DNA of 64,000 bases from a virus: IMG/VR virus record IMGVR_UViG_3300021963_000090, positions 1 to 64,000 of that record. One strand, written 5' to 3'. This document shows, piece by piece, positions 57,978 to 64,000 of this stretch; the stretch's first letter is position 1, and each line of letters starts with the position of its first letter. The notes below the pieces were generated by a model that was not told the origin of the DNA, made no database searches, and worked only from the letters and a program-made list of their open reading frames with translations. The translations under genes were made by a program, and so were the position numbers.

Positions 57978-60152
57978 TTAGAAGTTTAAGTTGTATGAAC
58001 CCAAAACTATCCAGGCTCCACCTGAAGTTCTAAGTAATGTAAATGTAAATATGTCTAGTTTACCAGCAGATGATGTTGCAGTTGGAGCCGCACCTGCTGA
58101 CCATCTAATTGTCTGAGAAGTTCCAGCAATCTGGAATGTTGTTGGAATATAACCAGTTGATCCCTGTGTAACAACAATGTTAATTGTCATTACCTTTGCT
58201 GAATCTGATGGAACATTTGTTGCATTAAATGTCATATTACCAGTTGGTGCTGTACCAATATAGTAAATGTTTCCTAGCGACCAATCAAGTGTTCCTACGT
58301 TTGATGCCAATGTAACATCTACAATTTGTTCACGCATCTCTTGAATATCTACTGTTCCGCTTAATGATACTGCTCCAGAGGCTGTTAATCCGCCAGGGGC
58401 TGTAATTAAACCAGAAGTATTAAGTGTTGTTGCTGTAATCCCAGCAGTTCGCAGATCTGCATACGCAAGTCCTGCACCTGAGAAGTTAACTACTCCAGCA
58501 GAAGGAGCTACGGTTGAATCTTTAAATATCTTTACTACACCGTCTGAGGCATCACGTACTAATCCTGCGTATTTAACTACACCGCCAGATGTGTACTCTC
58601 CAACAAGCCCTAGATCTATAGCATCTGATGTGTTTCCTGATCCTACACGAACGATTGGATCTGTTACTGTAAGGGTTGTCGTTGTGAGAGTTGTTCCAGC
58701 GCCTCCAAACGTAATGTCGCCTGCAATATTTACGTCGCCTTGAATACCAACGCCACCTACTACTGTTAATGCACCTGTTGATGGCGATGTAGAAGGAGTT
58801 GGAATTTCAATGTGTACACGCTCATCTGGAATAATGACCATTTGCTCATTACCAGAATCATATCCGCCTGCTGCAAATACAATCTTGTTTTCCGATCCAT
58901 TGGCACCTGTTGCTAAGACAAGATTTCCTGCACCTGTTGTGCCAGATGGTGCTTCATAAAAAATATATCCATCATTTGGACCCGTAATGCCGAATGTAGC
59001 TTGGCTGAATGAAGATCCTGTAACACCCATATCAATCCAGCCTGATAAGTCATCTCCATTATTTGCATATGCAATATAATCTGTAGAAGAGTTAGCTGAA
59101 TTATTATGAATAGCTATTTGAGCATAAGGAGATCCATTTAATTCAAATACTGCGGCAGCATTAGTTAGCTCTGCATTTATATTAAATGCTTTTGCGCCAG
59201 TTCCAAAAAAGATTTCGTCATAAATTTCAATTCCATCATCTGGAGTAAAAATCATTTGTTCGTTACCGCTTGTCAAACCACCAGAAGCAATAACAATGTT
59301 GTTTGAAAGACCTGTTGAATCAGTTGCAAAAACTAGCTTGCCATCGCCTGTAAATTTATTTATTTGAGAGTTAATAACGTTTGTTAAGGCCACGTTTCCA
59401 GAAGTATATCCTGCAGGTGTTGCAACAACAATCTGCGTTGTGCTTGGTGCTGAAACAACTGTATAGCGACCCTCTAATGTTGGAGCTACTGGAAGAATTA
59501 AATCAAAGATGACTCCAGCAATCATTGCATGTGGACCATCAGTAATAAGGTTTAGGTTTGAACCCGCAACGCTATACTGATCTACAGAGACTATACCAGC
59601 GATTGCTCCAGACATAAATACATATCCGTCGCCAGGTCCTGTAAGTGAAAATGTTGGATCATTAAATGATCCGTTAGTAATACCCATGTCTATCCAACCA
59701 GACTCATTTGTACCATTTGATGTATACGCAATAAAGTCTGCAGAAGATGATGCACCAGATCCTGTGTTAACCAATGCTGTTTGAACGAAAGATGTAGAGG
59801 ATCCTTCAATACCAAGAGCTACGTCGGTTAAGTCTGCGGCTGTAATAAAGTCTGTAATGTCTGCACCAATTAAGAATGTATCAAATGAGTCAGACCAAAA
59901 TGTTAGTGTGCCATCGGTCTTAAGAACCTTACCTGCTTGATTCTCTGTTGGAGGAATTTCTGATCCCTCAACCATGCGTGACCAATAAACTGTACTTGTA
60001 ATAAGATTATTTGCTGATGGGATTTGATTAATGTATACCCATACAATATTGTTATAACGAACTACGTCATTTAGTTCGTATGTGTTTGCCTGTACCCAGT
60101 CGCCCTTCCAAATGAAGCGAATGTTTCCTAAATCGATTAATTGTGTTGCCAT
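57978..60152 (-). CDS. Fibre-like virion protein, copy 2
   Basis: Paralog of 50931-53150 along its full length. Confidence 0.75.
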   Translation of the reverse strand: MATQLIDLGNIRFIWKGDWVQANTYELNDVVRYNNIVWVYINQIPSANNLITSTVYWSRMVEGSEIPPTENQAGKVLKTDGTLTFWSDSFDTFLIGADITDFITAADLTDVALGIEGSSTSFVQTALVNTGSGASSSADFIAYTSNGTNESGWIDMGITNGSFNDPTFSLTGPGDGYVFMSGAIAGIVSVDQYSVAGSNLNLITDGPHAMIAGVIFDLILPVAPTLEGRYTVVSAPSTTQIVVATPAGYTSGNVALTNVINSQINKFTGDGKLVFATDSTGLSNNIVIASGGLTSGNEQMIFTPDDGIEIYDEIFFGTGAKAFNINAELTNAAAVFELNGSPYAQIAIHNNSANSSTDYIAYANNGDDLSGWIDMGVTGSSFSQATFGITGPNDGYIFYEAPSGTTGAGNLVLATGANGSENKIVFAAGGYDSGNEQMVIIPDERVHIEIPTPSTSPSTGALTVVGGVGIQGDVNIAGDITFGGAGTTLTTTTLTVTDPIVRVGSGNTSDAIDLGLVGEYTSGGVVKYAGLVRDASDGVVKIFKDSTVAPSAGVVNFSGAGLAYADLRTAGITATTLNTSGLITAPGGLTASGAVSLSGTVDIQEMREQIVDVTLASNVGTLDWSLGNIYYIGTAPTGNMTFNATNVPSDSAKVMTINIVVTQGSTGYIPTTFQIAGTSQTIRWSAGAAPTATSSAGKLDIFTFTLLRTSGGAWIVLGSYNLNF

Positions 60153-60155
60153 TTG

Positions 60156-60518
60156 CTATGCTCCTACCTCTACTAGTAAGTGTGTCGGATTCTCTGTATC
60201 CCATTCAAATTGTAATGGAATTGTCGTGAATATCCACTCTTTGTATTCGTCATTTTTACGAACTCGAATACCGTTCGAATATATACTACTCTGTGGAAGA
60301 ACTACTTTAGATCCATCATCTGTTACCTGAAGATATAACCTTCCAAGATCATTGCTTGTTTTAAAACCGTAAAAAACTCCAATATCTGTTGCATTGCCTC
60401 CGCCGCTACTTTCTCCTGCAACAGAGTCCCACGTTGTGCCGTTCCAAGTCCAGGTTCTGTCGTCGGTAGCAAAAAGCTGTCCTACGACGGGATTGGCTGG
60501 AAAATCTAATGCTGGCAT
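60156..60518 (-). CDS. Small virion-associated protein, copy 2
   Basis: FPANP..WTWNGTTW; FYGFK; TGCTATACT lies 7 nt upstream. Confidence 0.7.
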   Translation of the reverse strand: MPALDFPANPVVGQLFATDDRTWTWNGTTWDSVAGESSGGGNATDIGVFYGFKTSNDLGRLYLQVTDDGSKVVLPQSSIYSNGIRVRKNDEYKEWIFTTIPLQFEWDTENPTHLLVEVGA

Positions 60519-60615
60519 AGTCTAAAGTATAGCACGGTATATATTAAAATAACTAGGCCTCAGCCTGGCAATTATACTATTTATATACACGGCTACCCCC
60601 TCCTTTTTTAACTGA

Positions 60616-60867
60616 TTATCGTAATGCTGCTATTTCTTCAGGCGTTAATCCAAGAGCAGCCAGTTTAGCTTCTGCAGACGCTTTAGCTTCTGCTTTAGCA
60701 GATTCTTCTGCTTCACGTTCTGCCCTTTCTAAATCAGCAGCTGCAATATCTGCTTCCATCTGTGATATTTCAGCATCTGTTAATTCAACTTCGATTTGTA
60801 CAAAGCAATTGCCACATTTTGGATCGCAACCACCACAGCACATAACTGATTTTGTTAGCTTATTCAT
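60616..60867 (-). CDS. Small fibre-associated protein (chaperone-like) with Cys cluster
   Basis: ELTDAEI..AKASAEAKLAALGLTPEEIAAL; N-terminal CCGGCDPKCGNC. Confidence 0.7.
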   Translation of the reverse strand: MNKLTKSVMCCGGCDPKCGNCFVQIEVELTDAEISQMEADIAAADLERAEREAEESAKAEAKASAEAKLAALGLTPEEIAALR

Positions 60868-60878
60868 TTTATTTCTCC

Positions 60879-61409
60879 TTATGCTTTCTTTATTCCGTAT
60901 ACACGAATTGTTGTTTTTGCTGCAATATTTGCATTTCTATATGAGCTAAATACAAGTGAGGTAATTGCACTTGTTTCTGGATATAGGCTTGCGCCAAAAT
61001 ATCCACGGTATTCGTCAGCCCCATTTTGAACCGTTCCACCAGAAATTTTTATCAACTTTGTATTAGATGTAGATGTGTACTGTGGGATATAAAATCTTCC
61101 ATTACTAAATGTATTTGCCGATGAATCTGCAGTAGTCATTGGAACATAGGGAGGATTGCTATCTATAAACCCATTTATATCGTTATTGACACCAGTACCA
61201 TAAAGTACTTTCATTGTATAGTTAGTGGTTGAATAATTATTTGGTCTACAGTACAAAAAGTCAACACCGTTGCCTGTTCCAGTATGAGTAGAACGAGCAG
61301 AAACTCTAACCTGCAAGTCTGTATATGTTTGCGGAATATTGCTTAAAGTAATAGCACTTACTGTTCCTGTTGCTGTGTATGAAGAGATTAACTCATAAGT
61401 AATTGCCAT
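60879..61409 (-). CDS. Beta-sandwich virion protein, paralog 3 (IPQTYTDL family)
   Basis: ITLSNIPQTYTDL..AITSL..VYGIK. Confidence 0.75.
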   Translation of the reverse strand: MAITYELISSYTATGTVSAITLSNIPQTYTDLQVRVSARSTHTGTGNGVDFLYCRPNNYSTTNYTMKVLYGTGVNNDINGFIDSNPPYVPMTTADSSANTFSNGRFYIPQYTSTSNTKLIKISGGTVQNGADEYRGYFGASLYPETSAITSLVFSSYRNANIAAKTTIRVYGIKKA

Positions 61410-61410
61410 A

Positions 61411-61905
61411 TTAAGCCGCCTTTATCCCATATAATTCAGCCGTTGTTCCAACAACCCAAGTACCAGATGTTGCAAATAATTGAATACTTGAGATTGCAGA
61501 AGTTGATTGCCAGATTCCCTGAATCAGGTCGTTGCCGTTTTGAGATCCAGATTCACTGCACCATGACTTATGCTTATTACTTCCATAATTCAAGATATAG
61601 ACCTCGTGGCAGCCAAAGGAGCTTGGGCTATCATATCCCCAGTTTGTCAAATAACCGCTTGTCAAGCCAACAAGAAAAGTACTGCCCTTACCGCCAGCAG
61701 TAGTAACATATAATGAACCCGTAGCATATGCAGCAGATGAATTATTGTTAAACCTAATGCGAACATCTGCATCGCCACTAGTTCTTTTTGCTTTAACAAC
61801 TAAATATAAATCAGTGTAAGTATTACTAATATTTGTAAACTCTAAAGAGTTACTATCACTTCCAGTAATAGTTTGTGTTCCTAAAGAATCAAATGTTCTA
61901 GCCAT
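61411..61905 (-). CDS. Beta-sandwich virion protein, paralog 2
   Basis: FTNISNTYTDL..IRFNN..AISSI..LYGIK. Confidence 0.75.
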   Translation of the reverse strand: MARTFDSLGTQTITGSDSNSLEFTNISNTYTDLYLVVKAKRTSGDADVRIRFNNNSSAAYATGSLYVTTAGGKGSTFLVGLTSGYLTNWGYDSPSSFGCHEVYILNYGSNKHKSWCSESGSQNGNDLIQGIWQSTSAISSIQLFATSGTWVVGTTAELYGIKAA

Positions 61906-61909
61906 TTAA

Positions 61910-62491
61910 TTACCCTCCGATTCCATACAACGCAAAGTGTGACCCACTAATTATATTTCCACCAGTTGAAGTTAAAACCATAGAGCTAATAGCATCTGAT
62001 GAATTATTCCATAGCCCCATTCTAGCAAATATTCCTTGCCCAATTCCGCTGGTGTCAATAGAGCCTCCAGTTAAAGTATGGTGTGTTTTAACTTTGTCGC
62101 TTGCAGCATAATCAAAAATATATGTTATTGTTGAAACAAAACCTGAAGTGCTATTTCCATACCATACTGGGCCAGCAATAGAAGTTAAGCCACGACTTGA
62201 AGATGTTCCTTGTAAAGAAGAGCTTGGTGTTCCACTAGAATAGACCTGAGACTTTGTGTAGTTAGTTCCAGAGTCTCCATTAAATCTAATATTTAGATCT
62301 GTATCATTATTTGTCAAAGCAAAATATGAGTGTAATTGAAGATATTTATATGTACTAGGAATACTATTAAAAGTAATAGTAGTTCCAGAACCTGATGCAG
62401 TTTGTGTAGCAATTGATTCAAATCCCAAACTTTGTGCTACATAAATTCCAAGTCCATAAGATCTAGCAGACTGTGTTGTCAGTAATGGCAT
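61910..62491 (-). CDS. Beta-sandwich virion protein, paralog 1 (with MPLL N-terminal extension)
   Basis: ITFNSIPSTYKYL..IRFNGD..AISSM..LYGI. Confidence 0.75.
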   Translation of the reverse strand: MPLLTTQSARSYGLGIYVAQSLGFESIATQTASGSGTTITFNSIPSTYKYLQLHSYFALTNNDTDLNIRFNGDSGTNYTKSQVYSSGTPSSSLQGTSSSRGLTSIAGPVWYGNSTSGFVSTITYIFDYAASDKVKTHHTLTGGSIDTSGIGQGIFARMGLWNNSSDAISSMVLTSTGGNIISGSHFALYGIGG

Positions 62492-62501
62492 TTAGTCTCC
62501 T

Positions 62502-63296
62502 TTATGCAAACTTTGTCTGTGATCCGAATACAGTAAAGGTTGCTGATCCTGTCTTAATAATTGTAAATGCATATGAATCTATAGAAGAAGCATTACCTGC
62601 AGATGGTGCTGTTCCGCCTTGCCATTTTGGAGTAACTGCTGCTCCATCAATTTGAAATGCTGATTGATAATATGCTGTAGATCCTTGAGTTGCTAAGAAT
62701 ACTACAGTGATTGAATCTCCTGTTGTCAGGATTGAATCTAAAGATGCGCTTGAACTTCCACGAACATTTAGTGTCCAGTTTGCTGAAGCATTTGTTGTGT
62801 AATATAAAACACCTTGAGTTGAAGCATCAAAATTGATTGTACCAGTTGCTGCGGTTGCTGAAACTGTAGTTCTTTCTTGTGGTGCTTTTAAAATATTGTT
62901 ATGTAATGTTGCTGTATTTACTACTGGACTTGTTAAAGTTTTATTAGTTAAAGTTTGTGTTCCTGTTAATGTTACAGCACCAGTAATTGTATTACTTGCT
63001 GTATCAATTGTTTTATTTGTTAGGGTTTGTGAACCAGTTAATGTAGCAACTGTTGAATCAATTGCAAGGGTTACCGATCCAGAATTTCCACCACCGCTTA
63101 ATCCTGTGCCAGCTGTAACTCCAGAAATATCTCCATCTGTTGCTGTATATGGAAGAGAGGTCCAGGCAGTAGTTCCATCTCCAACCTTTGTTTTTTTGGT
63201 ATCTGTTTCAAATACCATTTCTCCCGCTGCCAATACGGGGTTTGCAGAGGTAAGAGCTGCGGCTGTTCCTCTTTTAAGCTGAATAATGGCTGACAT
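62502..63296 (-). CDS. Short fibre protein: Mtd-N-like N-terminus, QTLTNKT repeats, C-terminal adaptor-like domain
   Basis: IQLKRGTAA..NPVLAAGE..ETDT..KVGDG..W..LPY. Confidence 0.75.
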   Translation of the reverse strand: MSAIIQLKRGTAAALTSANPVLAAGEMVFETDTKKTKVGDGTTAWTSLPYTATDGDISGVTAGTGLSGGGNSGSVTLAIDSTVATLTGSQTLTNKTIDTASNTITGAVTLTGTQTLTNKTLTSPVVNTATLHNNILKAPQERTTVSATAATGTINFDASTQGVLYYTTNASANWTLNVRGSSSASLDSILTTGDSITVVFLATQGSTAYYQSAFQIDGAAVTPKWQGGTAPSAGNASSIDSYAFTIIKTGSATFTVFGSQTKFA

Positions 63297-63493
63297 TAAA
63301 TTGTTCCTCCGTCAAACGTATTTGTTGTTGTACTAGCAATTATACTATATACTACACTATCAAGGATACCATCGATCTCTCCACCGTCATGAGATGTATT
63401 AGAGGCAGGCTCGGCGAGACCACTTGTAATGGTTCCATCTTCTGAATATTGTCCAGCATTTACCACTGACAATGTTGATAACTTAAGGGTCAT
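63296..63493 (-). CDS. Small hypothetical virion protein (DGG motifs)
   Basis: Start moved to MTLKL (63493); TAATG coupling on both sides. Confidence 0.6.
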   Translation of the reverse strand: MTLKLSTLSVVNAGQYSEDGTITSGLAEPASNTSHDGGEIDGILDSVVYSIIASTTTNTFDGGTI

Positions 63494-64000
63494 TATACTA
63501 CTCTCCATCCGTAACTAGATCCAGAATATAGCAATGAGACTCCGCCAAATGCCACGTCTATATCGAGATTCTGTACTGTTCCATTTATTTTATTTGAATT
63601 AGAGCTTAAAGTTATATTATTAATTGCTGCTGATCCTGTTGAATCATATACATATATTCCATCTCCCAATGCAGGGGATGCTGGTAAAGTTAATGTTCTA
63701 GCAGAACTTGTATCTACAAAGTATCTATGCGCTGACTCTAGCGTGATATTAGATGAAACTTCTAATGAAACTATAGAAGAGCCATCGGCACCATCAGCAC
63801 CAGCTGGACCCTGTGGTCCTGCGGGACCAGTTGCGCCTTGCTGTCCAGTAAATCCTGGTGAGAACTCAACCCAGAAACTATCATGATAAATATATGCACG
63901 ACCAGTTGCTGTGTTATACCAGACTTGTCCTGCCAATGGGTTTGTTGGTGGAGTTAAGCCAGGCTGAAAATCTCCTGGAATACCTTGTGGGATTGAAAAA
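63493..64000 (-). CDS. Collagen-repeat fibre/baseplate-like protein (5' truncated by window edge)
   Basis: Frame is open to the window end; GQQGATGPAGPQGPAGADG; YFVDTS..TLTLPASP..GD..ITL..KING domain. Confidence 0.75.
   Translation of the reverse strand, partial: FSIPQGIPGDFQPGLTPPTNPLAGQVWYNTATGRAYIYHDSFWVEFSPGFTGQQGATGPAGPQGPAGADGADGSSIVSLEVSSNITLESAHRYFVDTSSARTLTLPASPALGDGIYVYDSTGSAAINNITLSSNSNKINGTVQNLDIDVAFGGVSLLYSGSSYGWRVV

Larger units (their letters stand above)
57043..60518 (-). repeat. Three-gene cassette, copy 2 (diverged direct repeat of 49992-53461)
   Basis: Same gene order and similar sizes (120/724/307 aa versus 103/739/309 aa). Confidence 0.9.
1..64000 (-). mobile_element. 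Segment of a large tailed dsDNA bacteriophage genome (siphovirus-like; probable actinobacterial host)
   Basis: Portal, protease, capsid, tail, tape measure, terminase and DnaE-based replication genes are densely packed and co-oriented. No housekeeping host genes or integrase are seen. Confidence 0.97.

Noticed and set aside
159-63282. Numerous plus-strand and nested ORFs in the track (e.g. 869-1354, 34417-34806, 62833-63282)
   Set aside because: Antisense or alternate-frame shadows of well-supported genes, with no SD or recognisable motifs.
62502-63296. Diversity-generating retroelement suggested by the Mtd-N-like domain
   Set aside because: No reverse transcriptase in the window and no repeat pair differing only at adenines; the cassette duplicates differ mainly at synonymous positions of all bases.
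1-64000. Stop-codon reassignment
   Set aside because: Core genes are full length under the standard code, and TAA, TAG and TGA all end genes at sensible positions.

Overview
This window is a 64 kb segment of a large, AT-rich, long-tailed (siphovirus-like) dsDNA phage genome; no integrase or host genes are visible. Almost all genes lie on the minus strand. In transcription order (right to left) they form: (1) a modular fibre/adhesin region (about 47.9-64 kb) containing a duplicated three-gene cassette that brackets an opposite-strand flavin-dependent halogenase island; (2) head genes (portal, protease-scaffold, HK97-fold capsid); (3) neck and tail genes (major tail protein, tail chaperones with a -1 frameshift, a 2171-aa tape measure, minor tail proteins); (4) a replication/recombination module (metallophosphoesterase, DnaB, DnaG, SSB, DnaE, MazG, RecA, Hjc-like, Cas4-like and RuvC nucleases); (5) terminase, far from the portal; (6) a CAT-anticodon tRNA, Hsp20 and an FmdB zinc ribbon; (7) a PA14 surface protein with small membrane and lipoprotein genes. 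Gene content and many extended -10 leaderless promoters suggest a low-GC actinobacterial host, possibly freshwater (inference). The most interesting signals are a recurring fibre-adaptor plus docking-peptide adhesin architecture, the halogenase island between direct repeats, a structured RNA with a pseudoknot and competing anti-SD helix upstream of FmdB, a ROSE-like thermometer on hsp20, and apparent CCGG/CGCG avoidance. All calls are from motif recognition by eye; no database searches were run.
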